A stretch of 64,000 bases of DNA from NCBI GenBank assembly GCA_043756865.1, contig JAYUQG010000024.1, forward strand, positions 91,259 through 155,258, written 5' to 3'. Each line of letters starts with the position of its first letter. Within the stretch, counting starts at the first letter, position 1. The stretch comes from a bacterium (GTDB lineage Bacteria; Patescibacteriota; Minisyncoccia; Phycocordibacterales; UBA6899). Shown here in pieces: positions 20,261-30,150 of the stretch. The notes beneath the pieces were generated by a model, which made no database searches, was not told where the DNA came from, and saw only the letters and a list, made by a program, of their open reading frames with translations. The translations under genes and the position numbers were made by a program.

Positions 20261-21145
20261 ATGAGTGACCAACCACACCCACATCAAACCCGTATTGCCG
20301 AAATTGAAAACGTAATGCTTACGGGAGATTTCTGGAGTGATAAAGAAAAGGCGCATGCGCTCATTAAGGAGCTTCAGGATTTAAAGACTGAAGTCGAAGG
20401 GGGAGGAAAATATGACAAGGCAAATGCGATTATCACCATCTTCTCTGGCGCCGGTGGCGACGACTCCGAAGATTTCTCCGCAATGTTGGTGCGCATGTAT
20501 TTCAAATACTGCGAACGCAAAGGTTGGGGATACGATGTACTGCACGCCCACGACAATGACCATGGGGGATATCGCAATATCACATTTGAGGTAGTGGGCA
20601 AAGCATCATACGGTGAACTCAAGAATGAATCCGGTGTGCATCGACTGGTGCGCATCTCGCCGTTTAATTCAAATGCAAAACGACACACCTCCTTCTCAAT
20701 GGTCGAGGTCATACCGAAATTCAAAAAAGGTGAAATTGAAGCACTTCCAGAAGCAGAAGTGCGTTTCGAGTACTCGCGCTCTGGTGGCGCAGGTGGGCAG
20801 AACGTAAACAAGCGCGAGACCGCAGTGCGTGCCGTGCATGAGCCAACAGGACTTGCCGTACATGTGTCTGCCGAGCGCTCGCAGCTCCAAAACAAAGAGC
20901 GCGCACTCGAGATTCTCGCTGCGAAGGTTTTTCATTTGCGCGAATCACTCACTCAGGCGGAAAAAGAAAAGATGTATGTATCCAAAACCACAAAGGTGGA
21001 ATGGGGCAATCAGATACGCTCATATGTCCTTCATCCCTACAAGATGGTAAAGGATCATCGCACCGATGTAGAGACATCGAAGGTTGATGACGTACTTCTG
21101 CACGGGGAGCTCGATGAGTTTATTGAGGCCGAGCGAGGGTTGTAG
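20261..21145 (+). CDS. prfB: Peptide chain release factor 2 (short form lacking part of domain 1)
   Basis: SPF tripeptide (RISPFNSNAKRHTSF) and GGQ (SGGAGGQNVNK). No in-frame TGA or CTT-TGA frameshift site upstream. TTG at 20237 is an alternative start. Confidence 0.88.
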   Translation: MSDQPHPHQTRIAEIENVMLTGDFWSDKEKAHALIKELQDLKTEVEGGGKYDKANAIITIFSGAGGDDSEDFSAMLVRMYFKYCERKGWGYDVLHAHDNDHGGYRNITFEVVGKASYGELKNESGVHRLVRISPFNSNAKRHTSFSMVEVIPKFKKGEIEALPEAEVRFEYSRSGGAGGQNVNKRETAVRAVHEPTGLAVHVSAERSQLQNKERALEILAAKVFHLRESLTQAEKEKMYVSKTTKVEWGNQIRSYVLHPYKMVKDHRTDVETSKVDDVLLHGELDEFIEAERGL

Positions 21146-21246
21146 TTCGGCACCCACTCAGTTTCCTAAGAGTTTCTTGACCCACCAGAGGACTTCCCGT
21201 AGCTTTATATATAGACGCATATTGTTCGTTTACTGGGGGTATCACC

Positions 21247-22158
21247 ATGAAGCACGTGGAAATGCTCAATCGATATTTTGATCCGCTCTCCGTACGAGCA
21301 AGCATCATCCATGAAAATTGGAGCCAAACGCCTTCTCGGAGTTTCGCTCATTTGGTTCGCCGCATTCAAAATGGGTTTGCGCGCATCCTTGATGACGAGT
21401 CACAGCATGCACCGTTTTTGATTTCTGAAGCACTTTACGAGCGCGACGAGAATGGCGAGGAATACGAGGTCGGTCTACTACCTAAGCGCACCGGGGGAGT
21501 GAAGCGTGTACTCACACCCACTGAGGCAATCGAAGGCCGTAAGTCATACGACACAAATAAATGGCGCTTCCATTATGGCGATGACTTGTTACCCCATCTC
21601 GCGGGTCAGACAGAGGTGCTGCGCGCACATCGCGATTTTCTTTCGGCATGCCGCATTATGAACAATCGTGGTGCATATCTCGCCACGCAGCTTGCTCGTG
21701 CATTTGACCAGTGTGGGTACCCTGGTAATCTGGAAGCGAAGTTTGCAAAAGGAAAAGCATTCACGCGTGTGTTGCGCTATGAGCAACCGCAAGGAAATGC
21801 TCCAGACGCGGGACTCCACCGCGACCGGTCTGCACTGACTTTTCACTGGTACTCCTCACACTCGGGACTCGTACTGTTTAACCAGGCGGGCAATCCGATG
21901 CAAGGAAACGAGACCGACCCCCGTGCAGTCATGACGTTTCCGGGAACTAAATTCTGGGCAATGACTCGAGGGAGGTATGGCAAAGGAACCATTCATGGTG
22001 TGCGCGACAACCGTCGTGATTTGCAAGCTGCGACAACAAATCAGGCGCGCTACGCAATTGTGACCTTTGTGCACTCAATGCTCGACCCCGACGACGTATT
22101 GTTTATGCGCGAACACCTACCTGAACTCCGCATCGACCAAGGTGCATACCGTATCTAA
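21247..22158 (+). CDS. 2OG-Fe(II) oxygenase superfamily protein
   Basis: HxD…H facial triad candidates (LHRDRSALTFH…GTIHGV) and a C-terminal RxS/A-like motif (RYAIVTF). Confidence 0.6.
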   Translation: MKHVEMLNRYFDPLSVRASIIHENWSQTPSRSFAHLVRRIQNGFARILDDESQHAPFLISEALYERDENGEEYEVGLLPKRTGGVKRVLTPTEAIEGRKSYDTNKWRFHYGDDLLPHLAGQTEVLRAHRDFLSACRIMNNRGAYLATQLARAFDQCGYPGNLEAKFAKGKAFTRVLRYEQPQGNAPDAGLHRDRSALTFHWYSSHSGLVLFNQAGNPMQGNETDPRAVMTFPGTKFWAMTRGRYGKGTIHGVRDNRRDLQAATTNQARYAIVTFVHSMLDPDDVLFMREHLPELRIDQGAYRI

Positions 22159-22184
22159 CACCCCGCCGTGGGGTGTTTTCTCTT
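22158..22184 (+). terminator. Intrinsic terminator (ACACCCCGCC-gtg-GGGTGT plus T-run)
   Basis: GC stem followed by ttttctctt. Confidence 0.6.
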
Positions 22185-22260
22185 GGTGAGCAATAGAACT
22201 ACACATATCCCATTGGAGATTCTTTTCCTTCGTGTGTGAAAAAGCTATACTAGAGCAACG

Positions 22261-22938
22261 ATGATTTATTTCGATAATGTCACCAAGCTGTACTCCGACC
22301 ACGCAGCACTTTCCGATGTGACGTTTGGAATTCAAACGGGGGAGTTCGTCTCTATCGTGGGGCATTCTGGCGCCGGCAAGACTACTATGCTTCGTCTGCT
22401 GATGGTGGAAGACAAGCCGACAAGTGGGGCGATTTTTTTTGAATCTACAAATGTGCACCGTATCAAGTCTTCCAGCGTGCCAGAGTATCGACGCAGAATT
22501 GGGACGGTTTTTCAGGATTTCCGCTTGCTTCCAAATAAGACCGCTTATGAAAACATCGCCTTTGCCATGGAAGCTGCGGGACGCCCCGACGAGGAGATTC
22601 ACTCCGATGTTCCTCAAGTACTCGAACTTGTCGACTTATCATCGAAGGCACTGCATTTTCCTCACGAACTTTCAGGCGGTGAAAAACAGCGCGTCGCTAT
22701 CGCGCGCGCGATCATAAGCCAGCCTGATGTGTTGATAGCTGACGAGCCGACAGGAAACCTTGATCCCGTGAATACATACGACATCATCCAGATACTCAAA
22801 AAGATAAACGACATGGGAACGACGATTATTTTGACGACACACAATAAGGGCATTATTGATGCATTGAAACGACGGGTGATTACGATGGAGCATGGAAAGA
22901 TTATCCGTGACGACCAGCACGGCAAGTATATTCTCTAG
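22261..22938 (+). CDS. ftsE: Cell-division ABC transporter ATP-binding protein FtsE
   Basis: Walker [10 protein letters not shown]. Signature [15 protein letters not shown]. Walker [12 protein letters not shown]. ftsX lies 2.3 kb downstream. Confidence 0.95.
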   Translation: MIYFDNVTKLYSDHAALSDVTFGIQTGEFVSIVGHSGAGKTTMLRLLMVEDKPTSGAIFFESTNVHRIKSSSVPEYRRRIGTVFQDFRLLPNKTAYENIAFAMEAAGRPDEEIHSDVPQVLELVDLSSKALHFPHELSGGEKQRVAIARAIISQPDVLIADEPTGNLDPVNTYDIIQILKKINDMGTTIILTTHNKGIIDALKRRVITMEHGKIIRDDQHGKYIL

Positions 22939-22971
22939 TATTTGGGCGCACTACTCGCCCTTCCTTTGGCA

Positions 22972-23027
22972 AATTTGGAGGACGTATCACTCATACGCCC
23001 TCGCAAATATTGCCGCAGTCCAGGACT
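22972..23027 (+). repeat. Copy c of the ~55-nt hairpin repeat family (see 686..740 and 786..840), immediately after ftsE
   Basis: gacgtatcactcatacgccctcgcaaatattgccgcagtccaggacttcgtactgc is ~85% identical to copy b. Confidence 0.55.
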
Positions 23028-23194
23028 TCGTACTGCGACCAATTTTTATTAGCGGTATCCGCCTTAGAAAAATGAAGTACTCTTGTGGTGCATCCCAAAT
23101 ATTAGAGAATACACGAGTTCTTGCGCCTCGTAATGCGCTGAGAATATTAGAGAATATGCGTGACCGTGATTTTGGTGTGCTATATTTTGGATAC

Positions 23195-24394
23195 ATGGAA
23201 CAAGAAAACAGAGTCCAACACATGAAGCAAAACGGCTCAAATATTTTCCTTGGAATTGTAGCGATACTCACGGGGGTATTCGCATTGCTTGTTGGTTTCG
23301 GCCTCATTCAAACTGACGGGAATGACAATGATGTTCCTCTCGGGATTGCGCGCATTACAGGAGGGATCTTTTTTGTTGCAGGAGTGATGGCGCTTGGAAT
23401 AGGAAAGTTTCCCCCACGTTTATACAACATACTGGGTGCAGTCCTCATGACCCTTTTTTCTTTTATAGCGGGATGGGTGGCATTCGGACCCGGCAACAGA
23501 GTGTTTGGTGGTGCTGGACCAATGTTGGGACGCATGGTTTTTGGATTTTCGGCATTTATTTGTGTTTATATGGCTATAGTGGCATGGAAGCGAGTTTTTA
23601 TGAGCGAAGTAAATGAGGGGAATAAAACCATAGTTATTGATAAGCCTAAAGGATTTTTTACTCTGTTTTTATTTTTATTTCCGTTTATGGTTTGGCCTTT
23701 TGTTGTGTTTTTCTTTGTTCAATCTGACGGGTCGTGGAAGTTCCCCACACTTGATGTCCTGCCGACAACCTCGTCGACAATGCAGCAACATGAAGAATTA
23801 TTAAACCGACAAGGATTCACCCTCCACACTGCGGAAAAGAATGGTACACATATATTCGACGGTGCCATTATTGTCGCGTTTGACAAACAAACAGGGGCGA
23901 TCGTGGGCGAAGCGATTATCGACATGGATGGTAATGCACAATTTATCCTACCGTACGGACATTATGAGTTTCGTCCGCATCCTCTTAAGGAAGATAAAGT
24001 TGTTGGCAGTCTTGATTTTGATATGTTTGCCACAAAACTACAACCAACCATACTGTATCTTTCCGAGATAGGCCCACATGGGTTCGGAACACCACTAAAG
24101 AGTTGCGAAGAAAAAAAGGATGTTCTTGCTGTGGCTGTCGAAAATAAGAATTACTGCGATGATGATGGGGACTGTAAATTTCTGAATACTTATTTTGGCT
24201 GCCCGTATCTTGTAAACAGACATGCTGATCTTGAGATATTTAAGGATCGTGATGAAGATGTTTTAAAATCTTGTCCGACTATTGTGGATATGTTGTGTCC
24301 TCTTTCTTCTCAAAATCTGAGGTGTGAGAAACATTCTTGTGTTTCAGGTTCTCGGGGAAATGGGGAAAGTCAAACAATTGACAATGCTATATAA
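23195..24394 (+). CDS. Hypothetical polytopic membrane protein with a Cys-rich C-terminal domain; AT-rich; inserted between ftsE and ftsX
   Basis: Four or five TM helices, then a ~200-aa domain with 12 Cys (…CDDDGDCKFLNTYFGCPYL…). The start is uncertain (23195 or 23222). Confidence 0.5.
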   Translation: MEQENRVQHMKQNGSNIFLGIVAILTGVFALLVGFGLIQTDGNDNDVPLGIARITGGIFFVAGVMALGIGKFPPRLYNILGAVLMTLFSFIAGWVAFGPGNRVFGGAGPMLGRMVFGFSAFICVYMAIVAWKRVFMSEVNEGNKTIVIDKPKGFFTLFLFLFPFMVWPFVVFFFVQSDGSWKFPTLDVLPTTSSTMQQHEELLNRQGFTLHTAEKNGTHIFDGAIIVAFDKQTGAIVGEAIIDMDGNAQFILPYGHYEFRPHPLKEDKVVGSLDFDMFATKLQPTILYLSEIGPHGFGTPLKSCEEKKDVLAVAVENKNYCDDDGDCKFLNTYFGCPYLVNRHADLEIFKDRDEDVLKSCPTIVDMLCPLSSQNLRCEKHSCVSGSRGNGESQTIDNAI

Positions 24395-24406
24395 AAGTGA
24401 TATAAT
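24378..24406 (+). promoter_or_regulatory. Sigma-70-type promoter TTGACA-N17-TGaTATAAT
   Basis: Canonical -35 and extended -10 with 17-nt spacing, ~65 nt upstream of the 24474 ATG, which has an AGGAG SD. Confidence 0.55.
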
Positions 24407-24473
24407 ATATATGGCACAGTGAATTCTAGTTACGTCCTGTACGTTGGTATTGTCATTCCACTAGGAGAGACAC

Positions 24474-24776
24474 ATGTTGGAAACCGTTCCCGTCCCGTTG
24501 GTCCGCTTCGACCTGAAATCGGAATCCCCATTCGACCTCACCGAGGCTATCTCGGTGACGGAGTGGAAGGGCTTCGCCGTCGGTATGACCGTGGACGTCA
24601 ACATTGCGCGCGGTACGGCACTCGGCGAGATTCACACGATTTGGCTCGGCGCCAAGTCGCACAACGACGCACACGTGGTCGCTTTCGAAGTTCACGTCGA
24701 CAACATACAGCATTACCTCACCCAGCGCGGCGTGCATCACGTCGTCGTCGATGACCTCGCACACCGCCTTCACTGA
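24474..24776 (+). CDS. Hypothetical protein (100 aa), compositionally atypical (GC-rich codons)
   Basis: SD AGGAGAgacacATG. Own promoter and strong terminator. Markedly higher GC than neighbours. Confidence 0.45.
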   Translation: MLETVPVPLVRFDLKSESPFDLTEAISVTEWKGFAVGMTVDVNIARGTALGEIHTIWLGAKSHNDAHVVAFEVHVDNIQHYLTQRGVHHVVVDDLAHRLH

Positions 24777-24795
24777 CTCCCTTCGAGGAGTCAAC

Positions 24796-24828
24796 ACACC
24801 GTAGCTATTGCTACGGTGTACTTTTTTC
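24796..24828 (+). terminator. Intrinsic terminator (ACACCGTAGC-tatt-GCTACGGTGT plus T-run)
   Basis: Perfect 10-bp stem followed by acttttttc. Confidence 0.7.
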
Positions 24829-25251
24829 TAACAGGCTTTTAAGAAAAACATCCGCGCGCTGCGGATGTCGATATTAGGAGTTCGGACCTTGTGGGCGCTT
24901 GAGTGCTATCCACCGGACGCGGTGGGTGATGTCAGTTCGAGCGGGGCCTTCTGCGTAGAACCTGCTATTTCGGGCACCGTAAACGGCCATGACTGCATGC
25001 GCGTCACCTGTACATTTCACCATGAGAAATGCGGGAATGACACTTGGTGCTTGTTCCGGCCACTTGAGCCATTCGATTACTTCGCCAATCATATGCACCT
25101 CTGTGAGAACGCTCGTATGACCATAACACACGAACTTTTAAAGACAAGTATGTGCGTAACTAGGCGTGAATTACTGAATTTCACTAATAATATCTAACGT
25201 CTTTCTATCCCCATTTCGCATTCTCTGCATATCATGGGAAAATAAAGGCTT

Positions 25252-26181
25252 ATGGGAGTTTTCACGAGTACACGCAGGATTATTAAGGCTGGCTTCATTA
25301 ATTTTTGGAGAAATGCGGTGGTTTCGCTTTCTGCGATTTTTGTAATGACCGTCGCACTCTTTGTCGTTGGGGCAACTATCTTGTCTTCAGCGTTTCTCGA
25401 CTCGGCTCTGCGGGAAATCAAAAGCAAGGTTGATATCAACGTCTATTTCAATCCTGACGCTGAGGAATCAGACATCTTCGTGATGAAACGCTCGCTAGAA
25501 GACCTGCCCGAAGTTGCGGCTGTTGAGTATATCGCACGTGAAACCGCTATCGAGAATTTCAAGCAGCGTCATGAGAACGACTATCTCATGAAACAGGCGC
25601 TCGACGAGCTCATTGATAATCCGCTCGGTGCAATTTTGAACATCAAAGCGAAAGACACTTCACAGTACGAGGCTATCGCCAAGCACATTAGGGCAGAACA
25701 AGAAGACGCAGGTCCAAGTGGGAACCTTATCTACAACGTCAACTACGGCAAAAACAAAATTGTTATCGACAAACTGACCGCTATCACAAGGGGTGTCGAG
25801 CGTGTCTCCTTGGCGGTACTCCTACTCCTTATTGTCATTGCTATTGTGATTACGTTTAACACTATTCGCCTCGCTATTTATGTATCGCGCGAAGAAATTG
25901 CAATCATGAGACTCGTTGGTGCGAACAACATGTTTGTCCGAGGGCCATTTGTTGTTGAGGGAATCATGTATGGCATGGTTTCCGCAATTGTGGCCACTGC
26001 GCTCTTCTATCCTGTTACGGTGTGGTTGCGCGATTCCACTGAGAATTTCTACGGAGGGATAGACCTCTTTGTCTACTACATTACAAACTTCAATCAAATA
26101 TTTCTCGTACTGCTTTTTAGTGGAATGTTCCTTGGAGCGGTGTCAGCATTTCTGGCGGTCAGAAGGTATTTAAAAGTATAA
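25252..26181 (+). CDS. ftsX: Cell-division permease-like protein FtsX
   Basis: FtsX topology: N-terminal TM, large periplasmic loop, three C-terminal TMs. FtsX-like motif …LVGANNMFVRGPF…. Confidence 0.9.
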   Translation: MGVFTSTRRIIKAGFINFWRNAVVSLSAIFVMTVALFVVGATILSSAFLDSALREIKSKVDINVYFNPDAEESDIFVMKRSLEDLPEVAAVEYIARETAIENFKQRHENDYLMKQALDELIDNPLGAILNIKAKDTSQYEAIAKHIRAEQEDAGPSGNLIYNVNYGKNKIVIDKLTAITRGVERVSLAVLLLLIVIAIVITFNTIRLAIYVSREEIAIMRLVGANNMFVRGPFVVEGIMYGMVSAIVATALFYPVTVWLRDSTENFYGGIDLFVYYITNFNQIFLVLLFSGMFLGAVSAFLAVRRYLKV

Positions 26182-26284
26182 ACACGATTCATGAGTGAAT
26201 GCACACCACAACAAGAAAGTGAGACCCCCTCACTTCTCGTCTCCGAGTTTCGTTTTATACAGCAAGTAATAACACATAAACAGT

Positions 26285-27931
26285 ATGGCAAAAAATCATA
26301 AATACATCTTTGTTGTGGGTGGTGTGATGAGCGGGGTGGGGAAGGGTGTGGCCACTTCATCTATCGCGCTTTTGTTGCAATCACGCGGGTTCAAAATTTC
26401 GCCAATTAAAATTGACCCGTATCTAAACGTGGACGCGGGCACGATGAATCCAACCGAGCACGGTGAGGTGTTTGTATTAAATTCCGGGCTTGAGACTGAC
26501 CAAGACATGGGCTCGTACGAGCGCTTTCTCGGAAGGGACCTGAATACTGAGAACTATATGACGGGAGGATTGGTGTATAAGACCGTGATTGACCGTGAGC
26601 GTGCACTTGGCTATGGCGGAAAATGTGTCGAGCCTGTGCCACATATTCCTGAGGAAGTTATTCGTCGCATTAAAGCGGCAGGAGAGAAAGATAAGTCCGA
26701 TATCACCATTGTGGAAATCGGAGGGACACTCGGCGAGTACCAGAGCGTCATGTTTATCGAAGCGGCACGTACGCTTCATCTCGATAATCCCGATGACGTC
26801 CTCTTTGTACTCGTCTCCTATCTTCCTGTTCCGGGAAAGTTGGGTGAAATGAAGACGAAACCCACACAGTATGCGGTACGCACGATGAATTCGTACGGTG
26901 TGCAGCCTGATATTATCATTGCACGCGGTGAGGTTGCACTCGACCAAAAGCGCAAAGAGAAGATTGCCGCATCTTCGGGTATGCGGGTGGAGCAGGTTAT
27001 TGCTGCCCCTGACGTGGACAGTGTCTATGACGTACCGCTGAACTTCGAAGACGACTACATGGCGGACATTGTCATGAAGATTTTGAAACTCAAAGCGAAG
27101 CGCCCCGTCAATCTTCTGCCATGGAAAGGTTTTGTCCGTAAGGTGAACAACGCAAAGGGTGAAGTCCGTATTGGTATGGTGGGAAAGTATTTTGCAACGG
27201 GAGATTTCGTACTTGCCGACTCTTACCTTTCCGTTATCGAGGCACTGAAATACGCCGCATACCATGCAGGGAAGAAACCCGTGATTGATTGGATTGCCGC
27301 CACGGACTTTGAGGGTAGCGGGGCATCAAAAAATCTTGCGAAGCTCGCAAAGTATGACGGCATTGTCATTCCGGGAGGATTTGGGTCACGCGGTGTGGAG
27401 GGAAAGCTTAAAGTTATAGCATATGCACGCACGCACAAAATTCCGTATTTCGGACTGTGCTATGGCATGCAGCTTATGGTCGTCGAATACGCACGCAATG
27501 TGCTTGGCCTCAAGGGCGCAATCACTACCGAAATTGACCCGAAGACAAAGTATCCTGTAATAGACGTGATGCCCGACCAAAAAGCAAAGCTTGCAGAGGG
27601 GGATTATGGAGGATCTATGCGCCTCGGCACATACCCTGCATATCTGAAGGAAAAGACAGTTGCGCGATTGGCATATAAATCCGAAATGGTGCACGAGCGT
27701 CACCGCCATCGCTATGAGGTGAACCCTGAGTATGTGTCGCAGCTTGAAGCGGCAGGACTCGTCTTTTCAGGCATATCGCCCGATCGTGCACTTATGGAAA
27801 TTGCGGAACTTCCAAAATCAAAGCACCCCTTCTTTTTGGGAACGCAGTTTCACCCCGAGTTTACGGCCCGCCCACTTACCTCGCACCCACTTTTCGACGC
27901 GTTCATCAAGGCAGCGGCAAAAAGAAAGTAG
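26285..27931 (+). CDS. pyrG: CTP synthase
   Basis: N-terminal KYIFVVGGVMSGVGKG. Glutamine amidotransferase domain with GLCYGMQ and HPEF motifs. 548 aa. Confidence 0.97.
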   Translation: MAKNHKYIFVVGGVMSGVGKGVATSSIALLLQSRGFKISPIKIDPYLNVDAGTMNPTEHGEVFVLNSGLETDQDMGSYERFLGRDLNTENYMTGGLVYKTVIDRERALGYGGKCVEPVPHIPEEVIRRIKAAGEKDKSDITIVEIGGTLGEYQSVMFIEAARTLHLDNPDDVLFVLVSYLPVPGKLGEMKTKPTQYAVRTMNSYGVQPDIIIARGEVALDQKRKEKIAASSGMRVEQVIAAPDVDSVYDVPLNFEDDYMADIVMKILKLKAKRPVNLLPWKGFVRKVNNAKGEVRIGMVGKYFATGDFVLADSYLSVIEALKYAAYHAGKKPVIDWIAATDFEGSGASKNLAKLAKYDGIVIPGGFGSRGVEGKLKVIAYARTHKIPYFGLCYGMQLMVVEYARNVLGLKGAITTEIDPKTKYPVIDVMPDQKAKLAEGDYGGSMRLGTYPAYLKEKTVARLAYKSEMVHERHRHRYEVNPEYVSQLEAAGLVFSGISPDRALMEIAELPKSKHPFFLGTQFHPEFTARPLTSHPLFDAFIKAAAKRK

Positions 27932-28190
27932 CACCCCCTTATGTATCTCTCGCTCCTTCTGCTCCTGCTTGCAAAAGTTCCCTACACTTAACCCCAGATT
28001 CCGTTGGGAATTTATGTGGTAGTAAAGTTCCTTGTGCTCGTAGCCTTCGGGGCTGGAATTGGGCGCTTCTTTGTTTTTTGCCGCGTTTGCGCATTTTATC
28101 GCGCTTCGGCGCCTCGATAACTCTGCCTATGCGTGGTTTGCGGTAGCGGTGATTGGAGCGCTCCTTGTGTCGATGTTATAATAGGGGCAT

Positions 28191-28619
28191 ATGAATTTTG
28201 CGCGTTTGCCATTCTCATTCTGGGTTGTCTTCCTCGTCGCTGATATCGGGCTTCTCTTTACGCTACTTCTCTCCATTTCATACATTACCGACCTCAAATT
28301 TATTCAAGAGCCCGTGAGGTTCTTGCTCGGGCTCCCAATATACTATTTTGAGTTTCTCCTATTTCTTGTCATCGATGTTGTTTCCGTCTTTGTGCTGACG
28401 CGCGATTATGACATCTATCGTGTGCACATGATCACTGGCGCAATGAGCACCCTTGGAATTCTGCTTTCGGGTGTGTACTCAGCACTTGAAATGACCACCC
28501 TCATGCAACAGGGTGTTGGCGCATACACACTGCTGGCACCCACAAGTGTGTTCTCACTCGTATTGTTTATGATTGCGCTCGTGGCGGCCGCGCTGTCACT
28601 GTCGAGTCGACCTGAGTAG
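28191..28619 (+). CDS. Hypothetical membrane protein (4 TM)
   Basis: Hydrophobic helices. -10 gttataat upstream. Confidence 0.5.
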   Translation: MNFARLPFSFWVVFLVADIGLLFTLLLSISYITDLKFIQEPVRFLLGLPIYYFEFLLFLVIDVVSVFVLTRDYDIYRVHMITGAMSTLGILLSGVYSALEMTTLMQQGVGAYTLLAPTSVFSLVLFMIALVAAALSLSSRPE

Positions 28620-29181
28620 TGGTGCTTCGCTTCCCTAGAATTAGGGTCACCGAGATTAGTACATTAATCACAAGCAAGTATGCAGGGATCAACATGTCGG
28701 GGAGTGCATAGGCGGGTATCGCATATAATGCAAGTGAGTTTGCAATTACAGATAATGCATAGGTTAAGAATGTTTCTTCGCTCGGCCTTCTCCATGCATG
28801 AAGAACGGTGGGTATTGCGCCAATGGCGTCCGTGACTACGAAGCCGATTATCGCTGCAGTGGGGTTGTCGGTGAGCCACCATGCCAATAGACCAAGTAAC
28901 GCACCTGCTTGGCAAAATGCGTCGAAACGCGTGTATGTGTAATGCCCTTTCCCAAGTGAAAATAGCACGATGACAAAACTTTCTATCGTAAGCGCCATGG
29001 CCAAAATAGCCGATGCATAGGCGCCCTCTATAAACGCCGCAATTGATGCAATTCCCGCAAGCACCATCCATGTCATCCAGCTCACTATCGCGGGCTTAGT
29101 CGTTCCACGACGAATATCACGAATGTACGGAAGAGCTGTACTTGCTTCAAGGATTCCGGCCAGAATAAGGAGTGGCAGCAT
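28567..29181 (-). CDS. Hypothetical polytopic membrane protein
   Basis: Six predicted TM helices. The start codon is ambiguous (29181, 29199 or 29208). Confidence 0.5.
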   Translation of the reverse strand: MLPLLILAGILEASTALPYIRDIRRGTTKPAIVSWMTWMVLAGIASIAAFIEGAYASAILAMALTIESFVIVLFSLGKGHYTYTRFDAFCQAGALLGLLAWWLTDNPTAAIIGFVVTDAIGAIPTVLHAWRRPSEETFLTYALSVIANSLALYAIPAYALPDMLIPAYLLVINVLISVTLILGKRSTTTQVDSTVTARPPRAQS

Positions 29182-29243
29182 TTTTCGATAATAACACATG
29201 AACCCCATGGAATGGTTGAGTCGTCTGCATATGTTGCTATACT

Positions 29244-30059
29244 GTGATGTATATGAAAAATAACACAATATTGAGCATCGGAGTGGGTGTTGTTGCACTC
29301 GTTTTTACTCCAGCGGGACTTATTACTGCAGAAACTACAGGTGCGGGAGTACAGAGTAAGCCGCAGCCGCTCCTTTATATGGAGGCAGGTGGTGAGGCGG
29401 GAGGAGAAGGGGGTATTATCATGGAAGACCGGGTGAAAATGGAAGGAACTACCATGACAAAAGAAGAGATGGAAAATGCTCGTCCCATGGAAAAAAATAT
29501 TGATGCAATCAAAAACGAAATAGACACGGACGATGATACTGACGAGGATCTTTTTGATATCGAGATAGATATTGATGTGGACGCACTCATGAATGATAAG
29601 AATGAGTCAAGTCATACTCATGAAGGTAAGAGTGATATAGATGAGGCAGATGATGTTGACTCTGCGGCTGATTTCGAACATTTCGTCTCTTTTAAAGTGA
29701 AGGCAGATGATCGCATCAAAGATGTTGATATTAAGGACGGAAATCTCGTTGTCACCTACGCTCTCCCTGTTAAATTCTTTGGATTTTGGAAAACATCGTT
29801 GAACACTACAGCGGAGGTGGATAGTGCGGGCACTGTGGAAGTCCGATACCCCTGGTATGCGATATTCATGAGAAAAGAGTTTTCGAAGAAAACACTCGAG
29901 CCAATATTCACCGCATCGCTTGAAGCAGAGCAGGGCGGAAGTGCAAAGGCCTATGTCGTACCCCATGTTTTTGATACTGTTGTAAAAACTTTTAGCGAAG
30001 TTTCTTCCAGTGAGTTGTCTTACTCCGCGAAAACAGGAAAAACGGGAAAGACGAAGTAG
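29244..30059 (+). CDS. Secreted acidic protein, hypothetical
   Basis: Signal peptide (ILSIGVGVVALVFTPAGLITA), then a D/E-rich low-complexity region (DTDDDTDEDLFDIEIDIDVDA). Confidence 0.55.
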   Translation: MMYMKNNTILSIGVGVVALVFTPAGLITAETTGAGVQSKPQPLLYMEAGGEAGGEGGIIMEDRVKMEGTTMTKEEMENARPMEKNIDAIKNEIDTDDDTDEDLFDIEIDIDVDALMNDKNESSHTHEGKSDIDEADDVDSAADFEHFVSFKVKADDRIKDVDIKDGNLVVTYALPVKFFGFWKTSLNTTAEVDSAGTVEVRYPWYAIFMRKEFSKKTLEPIFTASLEAEQGGSAKAYVVPHVFDTVVKTFSEVSSSELSYSAKTGKTGKTK

Positions 30060-30063
30060 CGTT

Positions 30064-30091
30064 AAAAAAGACCCCGATTGGGGTCTTTTTG
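30064..30091. terminator. Intrinsic terminator (AGACCCC-gatt-GGGGTCT, A-run 5' and T-run 3')
   Basis: Perfect 7-bp stem with flanking A6 and T5. Confidence 0.65.
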
Positions 30092-30150
30092 CTATCCCTT
30101 GATGTATCACCGTAAACCCGTTACGCTACAGCTACTCATTTGTATAACGT

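Noticed and set aside
20180-20262. Possible programmed +1 frameshift exon of prfB upstream of 20261
   Set aside because: No upstream in-frame ORF and no CTT TGA slippery motif. Alignment by eye shows the short N-terminus is intrinsic.
24865-25197. ORFs 24865..25197 (plus) and 24874..25131 (minus) between the GC-rich gene and ftsX
   Set aside because: Neither translation has convincing protein character or start signals, and they overlap each other. Left unannotated.
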